Assembly: GCA_017654855.1 (NCBI GenBank)
Contig: CM030337.1
Coordinates: 930,001-994,000 of the forward strand
Direction: 5' to 3'
Source: Podospora anserina
Taxonomy: Eukaryota
Length of the DNA stretch: 64,000 nucleotides
Below, piece by piece: positions 23,722 through 34,846 of this stretch; position 1 is the stretch's first letter; every line of letters begins with the position of its first letter. The translations under genes were made by a program, and so were the position numbers. The notes beneath the pieces were generated by a model. It was not told where the DNA came from. It was given only the letters and a program-made list of their open reading frames with translations, and did no database searches.

Positions 23722-25579
23722 ATGGCCCCCCGAGAAATCCTCGACTCGGAAGACGACGGCGATGGCTTTGACGACGACCAAGAAGAATATGGCGAAACCC
23801 TAGTCCCTCCTGATGCAGCTGTCGAACAGCAGGCAGCAGCGCCACCTGCAACAAGCGCCGCCATAAACAACGTTGCTGCCACAAATATCAGCACCACCGC
23901 CCTCTCGACCGATTCGTCTTTTTTTGAGAGGGTGTATGAGGGGCAGTATATCGCTTTTGATCTGGAACAACCAGCGGCTGCGACAACAGCAACAGCAACA
24001 GAAATGCCTCCTTCTACGCGGAAAGCCACTGGCCGTGCAAAGGCCAAAACCAACGATGCGGTTGTCGATTCAACCACCCCGCGAAAAACAGACGTGTGGG
24101 ACTTTCCGGGGAGTTCCCTCCCCCCAACCGCTGAGCCGGGTTCGCGTCGGTCGGCGAGGAAGCGCGTGCAGGTTGGGGTTGGTGTTGGGAAAGAGGAGGA
24201 GGATCCGTATGCCTTTCCAGAGTCGACTCCGGCCGCGAAAAGGACAAGACGCAGTCTTGGTGCGGCTGCCAGCCCTGTTGCGCTTGTGGGGGGGGTGGGG
24301 ATGTATGTCGCCACGAGTGAGATGACGGCCAGTCAGAAGGAGCAGCATGTGGCCGTGTCGTTGCCCAATTCGTCTACGAGTGAGGTGATGGGAGGGACAT
24401 TGCCGACGCTGCCGCACGGGGAGGGGCAGAGCTCGAGCGGGGGGACGTTGAGTACTATTGCTTATACTACGCCGAGTAGGATTGGGAGTTCGGACAGGAG
24501 GGACATCTCGTCTATGGGTGGTGTTGGTTCGTCTGTTGGTGGTGGTGTTGGTAGTGGTGGGGGGGAGATTGACACGCCGGCAAGGTATCAGGTATGTGTG
24601 CGGACGGTGGTTGGTGCTGAGATGTGGGGGCTGACTAGTGTGACAGTCATCACCGGATGTGTTGAACGACATGGCGCCTCCTTGGACCGGCAGCAAGAGA
24701 AAGGCCAGGGGTAAAACGGACATGGAGCCTCCCACCTCGACTGCTTCGGGCCGCAAAACCAAAAAGAGGCGCATCATTGAGGACGAAGAGGATGGTGACT
24801 TTGGAGCTGAAAACGACCAGAGCCATGTTTCTGAGGATATCTCGACGGAAGTCATCCCTCAAGCTGAACCGGAACCACAACCAAAGAAGAAACGCGGCCG
24901 GAAAAAGAAGGAGCCTGTACCCCTGCCGGAGGAGGCAGCACCGGATGTAGAGCTTAGTGAGCTCTACCACCCTAACGCGGAAGCTACTGCTTCAGAGGGG
25001 CAGGTGGCCCCATTGCCGGATATGGAGGGTGAGGCTGCACCTGAGGCTGTCGAGCCTGAGCCCGTGGTGGAGGAGCAAGCGCCTGTCAAGAAACGGAGAG
25101 GTCGGCCAAAGAAGGCGGATACGGTGGCCAGGACACAGCATGTTGTTATTGAGGTGGAGAAGGAGGGTGTTGAGGAGGTGAGGGAGCCGTTGGCGGAGGT
25201 GCCTGCGAACACTCAGACAAAGGGGAAGAAGACTCCTGCTAGGAAGGGGAAAGGGGGTAGGAAGAAGAAGGAGGTGGTTGTTGATTCTGAGGAGGATGGG
25301 GAAGGTGATGATGGGGAGTGGGGGGAGAACAAACTGGTAGAGGAGCAAGAAGAGGTGGCTGAGGAGAAGAAGGAGACGAAGGTGGAGGTGAAGAAGGTGG
25401 TCAAGGAGACGAAGGTGGAGGTGAAGAAGGTGGTCAAGGAGACGAAGGTGGAGGTGAAGAAGGTGAAGGAGGAAAAGGTGGTTGCTGGGGGGACTCCGAT
25501 CAAGCCGGCGGGGTATAGGGTTGGGTTGAGCAAGAGGAGCCGGATTGCGCCGTTGTTGAAGTCGCTGAGAAAGAATTGA
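23722..25579 (+). CDS. Intrinsically disordered AT-hook protein with C-terminal RVGLSKRSRIAPL motif, ~600 aa, 2 exons
   Basis: Exons 23722-24591 and 24647-25579; intron 24592-24646 (GTATGT...GCTGAC...CAG, phase 0). AT-hook KKRRGRPKK, AT-hook-like KKKRGRKKK, acidic and Lys-rich tracts. Confidence 0.88.
25370..25465 (+). repeat. 33-nt coding tandem repeat (~2.9 copies) encoding KETKVEVKKVV
   Basis: AAGGAGACGAAGGTGGAGGTGAAGAAGGTGGTC at 25370 and 25403, plus a 30-nt copy at 25436; the copies are identical. Confidence 0.95.
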
Positions 25580-26512
25580 GGGAGTGTGGGATTGGAAGGC
25601 ATGTTTTGATTTGTTACTGTTACGGATAGTAGGGATACCCTTTGCTTTATTGCTATGTTGGACTGGGGGGGTCAGATGGATGTGGGAAGGTTTTATGGGG
25701 ATGGGATGGTGTAAAGGATGTATTGTGTATATGCTCTTGTTGTCAATTGGCAGGGCAAGGTAGCTCTCGGGAAATGATACTCGCGTGAAGAGAGATGGAA
25801 TATTATGTCTTGTCATCTTGAGCTCTGTCGATTATATGATATATGTAGTAGAGGGTTAGGGTGTCGGTCTCAACAAACATCTCCAGCTTCTAGAATGTCT
25901 CCTTACAGCTCTCGATCCGATTTCCATACCTATCTTGTCACTAATTATCCTCAACCTCAACAGAACCACCCCCTTTATCTTGAAATATGATGCTGTGCCT
26001 GGCTTCTTTGACCTCGATGCCCCAGCGCCGCTGCCCACCTGACCTCTTACACTGTTCCACAGAAGGTTTAGCGCCGTCTGCTAAGTCCCCCAAGTTCCGG
26101 CATTGAACCCTGCACTACAAGGGCAGGACGACCAATGGGAGGGCGGGAATTATAGGTAGGGACCCGCTGGACGGTGAACCACGTCATCGTGCCGCCGCGC
26201 GCGTGTTCGTGCAGTTTTGGTATGCGCGCGCTGCTGTGCCCGTGTGTGTGGTGGTTACTGCCTGGAGAGTTTTGTCTCGGGTTTTTCGGGGTTGGGAGCG
26301 TGAGATGTTGCGGTATCATTTATTAAAGGAAAAGGGAGAGAGAGCTGCTATTGCAGAAGAGCAAGGCTTTCCGGAAAGGAAAGCTAGAGAGGTGCAGGGC
26401 TGAAGCTAAAGGTGCGTCCGTGTACCCCTACCTCACCAGAAGGCAGCAACGTCTACAACCTATTTCATTCTTTCCACCGCTCTTCTAACTGCTACGATAT
26501 CCAGCAGAAACA

Positions 26513-29500
26513 ATGCCACCAAAACACAGCTACACCACCCACTGCCGCCTCCGCCCCTTATCCCCATCCCCAGATGACCAAGTCCCGGCGGCAAACCCCC
26601 AGTACTTCTACTCCTCCCCCATCCCCATCGACGACCCTTTATCCGCCGCCGTTGGCACCATCCACGACGCTTCGAATCCGAGCTCTGGGGTTCAAAACCT
26701 CCGCCCCTTTTCAGAGGGGGATAACCTATCCCTTGAGCGGGCTTGGTTGGGGTTTGCGAACGCAGAATCGAAAGAGGAGCATCAGAGGCTGGTGAGGAGG
26801 TGTAAGCTGGGGAGAAAGGTTGATCAGGAGGGGGAGGTGAGGAGACGTCTCGAAGCACTCGTCGACCGCCTCGCCAAACTCCACATTGACAAGCACAAGC
26901 GGGAATCTGTCGCTTCAGCAAAGGATGGGTTGCTCGGCCCGACGAGCATGGTTGTTTTGACTGAGGATGGTGGGGGAGAGGAGAAGGTGGTTTGCTGTCA
27001 GGAGTTGGAGATTGATGTCGCGGCGGAACTGAGAAAGGAGTTTTGTGGGTTGGTTAGGCGGAGGGTGGGCTGGTTGGGGCAGGAGAGGGTTGCTGAGGGG
27101 GTTATGGCGGTGATAAGCAAGATGCAAGGCGGGGGTGCTGAGGGGCAGGAACAAAACAAGAAGGGGGGAGGGGGGAGTAGTAGACCTGGGACGCCGGTGC
27201 CGCAGATGGTTGTGGGGAGTGTACCCAGGGTGCCGGGGATGTCGGGGATTGGGGTTGGAGAGGAGTTGTTACGGGGACGGGGGTTGGTGGATGGGATGGG
27301 GGAGAGTGGGGTTGCTACGCCTGATGAGCGGGAGAGGGAGAGGGAGAGGGAGAGGGGGACAGGGAGGAGGGGGAGAGTACTGCTGGGACGAGGATAGCTG
27401 GGAAGGGAGCTGTGCCGCCGCCGGAGGAGGATACGGCAGAGGTGCTGGTGGGGATTCAGAGACTACATGTGGTTTCGCTGCCGGTGTTGCAGATGAAGCC
27501 GATTTACTGGTCGCCGGTGAATGATATTGCCGCGGTGGTGAGGGCGACGTGGTTTTACAGGTCCTTACCTCCCCTTCCACCGACAGTTAACAAAAAGCTG
27601 ACAGTCAATAGAGACACCATGATCCCCCTCCCTCCGCTGATCGCCAACCAGCTCGAGGCCGGCTACCGCGAACTTCGACCCTGGACAGAGACCTGGTCTG
27701 ACGAGCTCCGTTCTGCCCTCGACGTCGGGGCGGTAGGCGAAGAAAAGATTACTCATCGCCTCTGGCCTGAGCACCACAGTGAGAAGCAACGGTCGGCCAA
27801 GTCGAAAGATGGACAAAATCTACCGCCTGAACCGCCTGTGTCAAGTGACCCGTTCTGTGCAGCGAGGTGCTTTAGTGGGGAGGCTGCTGCGGAGGGGAAG
27901 CTGGAACCTGTTCGCGAGGAGGCTGACACTGCCATGCCGGCGCCAGAGCAGAGACAGTATTCAAACCACCACGTTATTTACAAGAATGCCAAGGAGGCGT
28001 TTTTGCTCAAGCCGAGCCAGCAGCCCTCGGCGTATTACTCCCGGAGACCGGTACAGAAGATTATGAAAGGGGTCACGGTTGGGGTGCCGGTTGTGAGAGG
28101 GTTTGATAGGGCCGCGTGGGAGAAGGTTCATGAGCCCAAGAAGCAGCAGCAGGTGAAGCCACAGCCGGTCAGACAGGAGCAGAGGGAAAACAACAGCGAG
28201 GAGGGTGTGTGTCAAGGCTGTCAAGAAGAGCTGCGAAAGGGCCAGGTGACCGACCTTGTCCTCATTGCCCACGGAATCGGCCAAAAATTCGCGGAAAGGG
28301 TGGAAAGCTTCCATTTCACGCACGCGGTGAATGCCTTTCGAAGAATGGTCAGTGTCGAGCTGGAGACTCCCGCCGTCAAGTCGGTCTTGCGGCCGGAACA
28401 GAACGGGATTATGGTTTTGCCAGTAAACTGGAGACATTTGCTCAGCTTTGAAGACGGGGGGCCGACGACGGGGAACGAGGAGGATAAAGCGGCTTACGCT
28501 CCGGATGGGTTCGGCCTCAAGGATATTGAACCGGGTACGATACCGGCCGTGAGGAGCATGATTTCGGATGTGATGTTTGATATACCCTTCTACATGTCGC
28601 ATCATAAACCAAAGATGATCGCGGCGCTGGTGGGGGAGGCGAACAGGGTTTATAGGCTTTGGTGTGGGAATAACCCGGGGTTTGAGGAAAAGGGGAGGGT
28701 GCATTTGATTGGGCATTCGCTGGGGAGTGCGATGGCTGTGGAGGTGTTGAGCAAACAGCCTACCAGGGTGCCGAGGCCGCTTGGGCAGGTGCCGGATACA
28801 AAGCACTTTGAGTTTGATACGGTTAATTTGTTCTTGTTGGGGAGCCCGGCGGCGTTCTTCTTGCTGTTGGAACGAGGGGGGTTGGTGCCGAGGCGGGGGA
28901 GGATGAAGCCAGGCGCCGAGGCGGCGGATACGGTTGCGAAGGATGTGGTGGGGGAGTTGGGCATGTTTGGGTGCATTGCGGTGGATAATATCTATAATAT
29001 TTTGGCAAAGGAGGATCCGATTGCTTATTTGCTGAACGGGACGGTCGACCCGGTGTATGCGGCGAGTTTGAAGACGGCGTACGTGCCGAGTTTGAAGACG
29101 GGGTGGTTTAAGGGGGTGGGGGATGCGTTTAGGGGGGTTGTTGGGGTGGGTGGTTCGTCATCGTTGGAGAGTGAGGTTGGTGGTGCTGGTGGTGGGACGG
29201 AGCAGCAGAAGAAGCCGTCGATGATGATGAGGTTGCCATCGCAGTTGGAGCTGGAGGTGCATGATTTTACGAGGGAGGATGTGGCGGAGAAGAAGGCGTT
29301 TCTGCTCAATGATAATGGGCAGATTGATTATTATTTGAGGAGTGGAGGGGGGCCGTTGGAGATTCAGTATTTGAACATGCTGAGTGCTCATACGAGTTAT
29401 TGGACGAATCTGGACTTGATTCGGTTTTTGTGTATTGAGGTGGGGAGGAGGCCGGGGAGGAAGAACACGCTGCCGGCGATGAGGGCTGTGAAGGTCAAGG

Positions 29501-29538
29501 GGCGGTTTGGGGGGGTGGCGGTTGGTGGTTCGGGATGA
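26513..29538 (+). CDS. DDHD-domain intracellular phospholipase A1 (PA-PLA1/Ddl1 family), ~964 aa; frame break near 27280-27400
   Basis: DLVLIAHGIGQ, VLPVNWR, DIPFY, lipase GHSLG, DDHD domain (FLLGSP...YNILAKEDPIAY...IDY...SAHTSYW). The 5' ORF 26513-27397 and 3' ORF 27412-29538 are in different frames; they are joined by a candidate intron 27283-27362 or an indel. A further intron lies at 27561-27611 (GTCCTT...GCTGAC...TAG). Confidence 0.85.
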
Positions 29539-30784
29539 GATGGAGGGTCTGGACCTTACTTTGTTTGGACTTGTACTGTATTTGATAGCGACGGCGTTTA
29601 GGAGCGAGACGGATATACTTGGTCAAGGTAGACAGACAGGTAGACAACAGCGCGTTGTTCATTTGATTGGTTGAGGAGTGCTCTTTGAAGTGACTAGCTG
29701 GATGGATGCACTTGGATTCGAGACAAAGAACAGTGTAAACAGGGAACTACATAACATGATATCTGGAATTGAAGATGGCCTCTGCTGCCGCCACTGCTGT
29801 GCAACCCCAGATCTTCCCCGATCTGATTCCTTAACACGACTGATATAAGGCTGGCTCGGCAGGGGGCTGGCATAAATTGTTAAGCTTAGCGAACGGTGCT
29901 TGGCATGCGGCCCTGTTCCTGTTTCAACAGCTCTCTCTAGTTTCCGAGCCGCAACACCACTGCATCTTTGCGATAGCCGTTGCTGGACGCTGTCGCGAGA
30001 ACCTCTCCATCGAAGCGCATCGCCCTTTGCACCACTCATACATAACCCATGTGAGGCGGTGGAAGCGTCGCGGATGCCAAGAGCCAGTGACCAGTTGACA
30101 GCGGAGTCATTTGTTGAAGCGACATCGATAGCGCGCGTGGGCCAGCAAGCTCCTTGCAAGGTAAGTGCCAAATTTTGTCTCCACCGCGCGTCGTCCAAAA
30201 AAGTCGGACACGATGCGATGCCTCTTCCCTGCACTGTACACATACACACCCAGACCGCGAAGTCGTGACATGCCCCGCAAAGCCATCGAGACATGCTGTG
30301 ATTGTTAGAACCTGCAACGACGACAACGACGAAGAGGAAGACGAGGACGAGGACGAGGACGGAGAGCCACCGACGACGAATGACTGCCGAATGAAGAATA
30401 ATAATATCTTGAGAGAGACGTCTGAGCTTGAGCAGTGGGTAGTGGGACTAGACGTTGGACGGTAGCAAAGAGCGTGTTGCTTGCTTCGTCCCAGCTTTCT
30501 AAAAAGACCTGAGCTCTGCGCTCAACTCAATGCCCGTCCACGACACCTTGCACGAGGCAGTCGACTGCACAGGCGACTTCCTCTCTGACTTGCTGCGCTT
30601 CCTGCCCCTCCAAACGTTTACCTTGTCTTCGACTTTCGCAACTTTAACTTCGCAGCACAAACAGTTTTGCCTGCTGTTTATTTTCCTGCTTGCGCTTGTC
30701 ACTGCTGTGGCTTTCACCTTCCCCAACTTACATTCACACTCTCACTCTCTTTTCCACGACTGCTGGAAATCACAACTAACAGAA

Positions 30785-33700
30785 ATGCCACCGAGCAAAG
30801 CTCCCACCCCGCGGACGTCGCGCAATAGTCGTGGCCTGCGAAACAGTCCCTTCGTCGAGAGGACTCCCGTCGTCAGACGATCGTCGAGACGCTCCACCAA
30901 AGGCACCACTCCTGCCAGCACCAAAGCCGTCGACAGTTTCACCGAGCTCCCCGAGCCGGCGACTCCGACTCCGGTCGCTCGGTCTGTGAATATCCAGACC
31001 CCTTGCCCTCGACCTGGGCTCGCCGCATCCCCCAATCGTACCGAGCCTACTGAGCAGGTCCCTACCTCTCAAGCAATTACCTCTCTCGGACCCGTCGCCC
31101 TCGAGCCTATTCGAGAAGAGCAGCCGCCAAGGACACCAGCCGCTGCCTCTCCGATCAGCGCTGCCCCAGAGCAAGCGTCTACCACACCTGTCTCGTCATA
31201 TACACCGACAGGTCCCCGCATTCATACCCCGCCTGCCCAGCGGAAGGTCTCGCCTCTCCAGTACCGGCGTATTGCCTTGATAAAAGGAACCCCCGTCAAG
31301 CCTGTCAAGAAGGCTGGCCCAGTAACACCCATCTACCGTCCAACGAGATTCCTCACAAGACTGGTCGACCGAACACCTGCCCCGAAACCTCCTCCTACCC
31401 CTCGGAGTGAAGGTCATGAAACCCGTCGGTTTGCAGAGCGCCGAGAACAAGAGGACGATGAGACCGAGTTTGCCAAGGGCATCTATCTGGCCATCCGCAA
31501 CGATCACCGCATGAGAGAGTGCTGGTGTCCAATACCCAACATTTACAACTCGAAAGAAGAAGCCGAGGCGGGATCGGGTCACCTTCGATTTTACATTAGC
31601 GACACAAACGGCACCAAGTCCCTGCGTGTCCTCCAGAAGAAGGACGACTTCAACTGGCACTGCCACTGCGCCCAGGAGTACCACCCCGTGTGTTTCGAGC
31701 TCCTGAACAAGAACGGGAAGCGGCCGGCTCAAGGTTCCGAGCTGGACCTGATTGCGCAGAATTCGGGCCTCAAAAATAGCGAGAGCGTTAAGAAGGTTGT
31801 CAGCACACCGAGCGAGCCCACAGGAGAGGGGGAGAAGACAGAGCAAGAGAGTCGTTGGTCCATGTGGTCGCAAGCCCGTGGTCTTTTCGGTTCGGTAACC
31901 ACCATGATCAACCCGATTACCAACTTGATCGGCAAGCTTGTCGGCGCCGTGCGCGGTAACCACTATGAGACTGTCGATGTGCGCCGCACCAACGAGCAAG
32001 ATGGCACAATTGTTGTCAAGAGATTCAAGCGCCAGCTGGGCGGAGCTGAGGAGGATGAAGTCGACGGCCTGGATTGGGTCAAGAACCCCACCGAGTACAT
32101 CGGTGCTGAGAGACTCGAAAGACTTGCCGGCGATTTTGTCGGTCAAGCGACACTTGTTCAGGAAGGCAAGATTGTCACCGGTCTTACGATCAAGGACATC
32201 ATGCAAGAGCAGCTTGCTGGCCAGGGCGTCATCGGCATCAGTGTTGCGATCTTCAAGTACCAAGAGATGCTTTTCGGCCCTGTGACTGCCGAATGGACCG
32301 AGGTGGAGAGAGCCGAGAGGTTTACGGAGGCGGTTAAGAGGTACATCCGTAACCTGCTGAGCACCATCGAGATGATGAGAAACATTTACAGCCCGGACAA
32401 CTTTGAGATTTTGAAGCAAGAGTTCCCCAAGCCCAGGTCTGGTTTGGGACTGGGCAACAACGAGTTCAGGCTTGCGGCGAGAAAAGCCGGGGAGTTTTTG
32501 CTGTTCTTCCAGTCTCTGGTCGACCTCATTCCCATGGACCTGGACATGGTCAAGACGGTTGGGCAGGTGATTGTCGATTTCGATGCCGTGGGCAAGAAGG
32601 AGTTGGTTCCGAGCTTGGTTGCCGTCGCCGCAGCCCCGGTTGGGACCATGCCTGGACTTTTCCCAGACGAGAAGCCTTCTGTCATGGAAGAGGTCCCCAT
32701 CAAGGAGTTGGACATCCAGCCTCTGTATGAGTACAGATACCCGTCACCGGACCCCTCCAAATCGGACAGCACACCGGGCGAGCCGGGCGACTACCGTCTG
32801 ATTGCCAAACCGAAGGGCATCTTGAAGGCTTCCAAGACATGGAGTGTTCCTTCCACGCCTAAGTATGTCCCCACGCCACAAAAGAGCCGCAAGCTGGTGT
32901 TTGAGAGCCCAATCTCGAGGTTCATTGCGCCCTCACATATCCCCTCCAGGGTCATGACTGCCAGAGAAGCCGAGCTGATAGTAGAGGCTGAGCGCAAGGC
33001 AGAGCTTTTAGGTGATGAGCACTCCCTCAAGGTGCTGGAGGCCACCATGACAACAAATTCGAGGCACAATGCCTCGCAAGACCAGTTCCGATGGAGCGCC
33101 CGCGGGCCTGAACTGGAGAAGGACGACAAAGAGATGGGTCTGTCCCGTTATTATCAAAAGTATGGCAAGTTCCTCGACGATGCGAGGGAGGATCTCGAGC
33201 AACGCAGTGAGAGGAGGAAAAGGAAGCTGGAGCAGGAGGAGAGGTCCATTTACAGGATGACTCCCCTGAAGCGAGAGATTCGCATCCCCCGGCCGCCGCA
33301 GTTTACGACTGCCGAGAGGAGGCGCAGAGCGGCGGAGGCGGCGGCGTCGATGCCCTCTCCCGAGCCGGACAGCCCTATCTCTTTCAGCCCGTGGTACAAG
33401 CGGTTTACCGGCCGGGAATATCATAAAGAGCCGATAGAAGATGATGATGAGGGGGGTTATGTTATGGCCAAGCCTGCCCGCACCAAGCCTGCCCAGACCT
33501 CGCGGTTTCAGGGGGTGGAATCGGACGACGAGGGCAACGTGGTCACGCCGGAGTCTAGCCCGGAGAAGGTGCAGCCGGCTACTCCAGCGCATGTCCTCGA
33601 CCTGCTTTCTTCGCCAACCACCACCAAGGTGAAGGTGAAGCCGCGATTCACTCATCAAGATGGCAAGCTAGTCGTCGACTTGACGAGTTCGCCAACGGGC

Positions 33701-34846
33701 AGTGCACAGCGGGTCGTCAACCCCAACGTTCAGGTACAGGTTATCACCGAGCGCGTCACCAGGACCAGCTCGAGAGAAGCCACAGAAACCCTGTTTGGCT
33801 CAGATCCTGACTCGGATCCTGAGGATGCCGCCCTCATAGCGTCAAGAGCGGAAGAAGAGCGTGCCGAGCTTGCTCGTAAAAGGAAGGAGGAGGAGGAGAA
33901 GCTTCGGCAGAGGTATTTGAATCAAGAGAAGGAAGCCGCGGCGAGGAAGGCGAGGGAGGAGGAAGCGAAGAGGAAAGCTGCCGAGGTGGAGAAGGACAAG
34001 AAGGCAAAGGAGGCGCAAAAGGTTGCCGAGAGGATCAAGAGGGTGGAGGGGATGAAGCTGAGGGCTCCTCTCAGGCCTCTGCACGGACCGGTGTCGGAGC
34101 TGTGGGAGGCGGCGGTGAGCGAGCTCGGCAACCAGCCGGCGGATCAGGTGATGGCCAAGTTTCCCAACGGCCGGGTAGAGGGACAGCTGACGAGGTTCGA
34201 TCTGTATGAGCGGCTCACGCGGCAAGGTCCCGACGGGGAAGACGTCTGGCTCAACGACCAGGTCATCATGGCGGCGCTGAGGCACATGGTGCTGACGGTG
34301 GACAAGAAGATGGGCGGGACCAAGGAGCGGCCCAGGGTGGCGTGCCTGGACAGTTACTTTTGGAAGATGCTCGTCGTGGACAAGAAGGGGGTGGATCCCA
34401 TGATGCGGGCGGCGAAGCGGCAGGCGGGGCTGACGCCCGAGAACTTTTACGAGTGCGCGTTCGTGCTGGTGCCGATTTGCGAGAATAGTCACTGGACGCT
34501 GGGGGTGATTAGACCGGATTTGAAGGTGGTGTATCACCTTGACTCGCTGGGGCCGGGGGGTGGGGAGAAGGCGAAGAAGCTGCTGGGGATTGCGGCGTTG
34601 ATTTCGGGGGGGAAGTGGAAGAGGGACGAGTGGGAGGATGTGAGCGAGTTTATTCGGAGCCCGAGGCAGAGGAACGGGAATGACTGCGGGGTGTGCACGA
34701 TTACGAATGCGGAGTGTGTGCTGAATGGGATCGTGCCGGCGGAGGCGTGGTTGGCGAGGGAGATGGGGCAGTTGAAGAGGAGGTGGATTGCGGCCATGTT
34801 GATGAATGGGGGGTATGAGGGGGAGTTTAGTTTGGAGGGGATTTAG
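30785..34846 (+). CDS. Ulp1/SENP-family SUMO protease (peptidase C48) with very long N-terminal extension, ~1353 aa, no intron seen
   Basis: C-terminal catalytic domain: WLNDQVI, ENSHWTLGVI (His), YHLDSLG (Asp), QRNGNDCGV (Gln/Cys), preceded by an E/K/R coiled coil. Start placed at ATG 30785 (MPPSKAPTPR); an in-frame ATG also exists at 30530. Confidence 0.88.
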   Translation: MPPSKAPTPRTSRNSRGLRNSPFVERTPVVRRSSRRSTKGTTPASTKAVDSFTELPEPATPTPVARSVNIQTPCPRPGLAASPNRTEPTEQVPTSQAITSLGPVALEPIREEQPPRTPAAASPISAAPEQASTTPVSSYTPTGPRIHTPPAQRKVSPLQYRRIALIKGTPVKPVKKAGPVTPIYRPTRFLTRLVDRTPAPKPPPTPRSEGHETRRFAERREQEDDETEFAKGIYLAIRNDHRMRECWCPIPNIYNSKEEAEAGSGHLRFYISDTNGTKSLRVLQKKDDFNWHCHCAQEYHPVCFELLNKNGKRPAQGSELDLIAQNSGLKNSESVKKVVSTPSEPTGEGEKTEQESRWSMWSQARGLFGSVTTMINPITNLIGKLVGAVRGNHYETVDVRRTNEQDGTIVVKRFKRQLGGAEEDEVDGLDWVKNPTEYIGAERLERLAGDFVGQATLVQEGKIVTGLTIKDIMQEQLAGQGVIGISVAIFKYQEMLFGPVTAEWTEVERAERFTEAVKRYIRNLLSTIEMMRNIYSPDNFEILKQEFPKPRSGLGLGNNEFRLAARKAGEFLLFFQSLVDLIPMDLDMVKTVGQVIVDFDAVGKKELVPSLVAVAAAPVGTMPGLFPDEKPSVMEEVPIKELDIQPLYEYRYPSPDPSKSDSTPGEPGDYRLIAKPKGILKASKTWSVPSTPKYVPTPQKSRKLVFESPISRFIAPSHIPSRVMTAREAELIVEAERKAELLGDEHSLKVLEATMTTNSRHNASQDQFRWSARGPELEKDDKEMGLSRYYQKYGKFLDDAREDLEQRSERRKRKLEQEERSIYRMTPLKREIRIPRPPQFTTAERRRRAAEAAASMPSPEPDSPISFSPWYKRFTGREYHKEPIEDDDEGGYVMAKPARTKPAQTSRFQGVESDDEGNVVTPESSPEKVQPATPAHVLDLLSSPTTTKVKVKPRFTHQDGKLVVDLTSSPTGSAQRVVNPNVQVQVITERVTRTSSREATETLFGSDPDSDPEDAALIASRAEEERAELARKRKEEEEKLRQRYLNQEKEAAARKAREEEAKRKAAEVEKDKKAKEAQKVAERIKRVEGMKLRAPLRPLHGPVSELWEAAVSELGNQPADQVMAKFPNGRVEGQLTRFDLYERLTRQGPDGEDVWLNDQVIMAALRHMVLTVDKKMGGTKERPRVACLDSYFWKMLVVDKKGVDPMMRAAKRQAGLTPENFYECAFVLVPICENSHWTLGVIRPDLKVVYHLDSLGPGGGEKAKKLLGIAALISGGKWKRDEWEDVSEFIRSPRQRNGNDCGVCTITNAECVLNGIVPAEAWLAREMGQLKRRWIAAMLMNGGYEGEFSLEGI

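Noticed and set aside
30530-30784. In-frame upstream ATG adding an 85-aa extension with a hydrophobic stretch to the SUMO protease
   Set aside because: The L/F/S/T-rich translation is what a CT-rich leader or promoter yields; it cannot be excluded but is unsupported.
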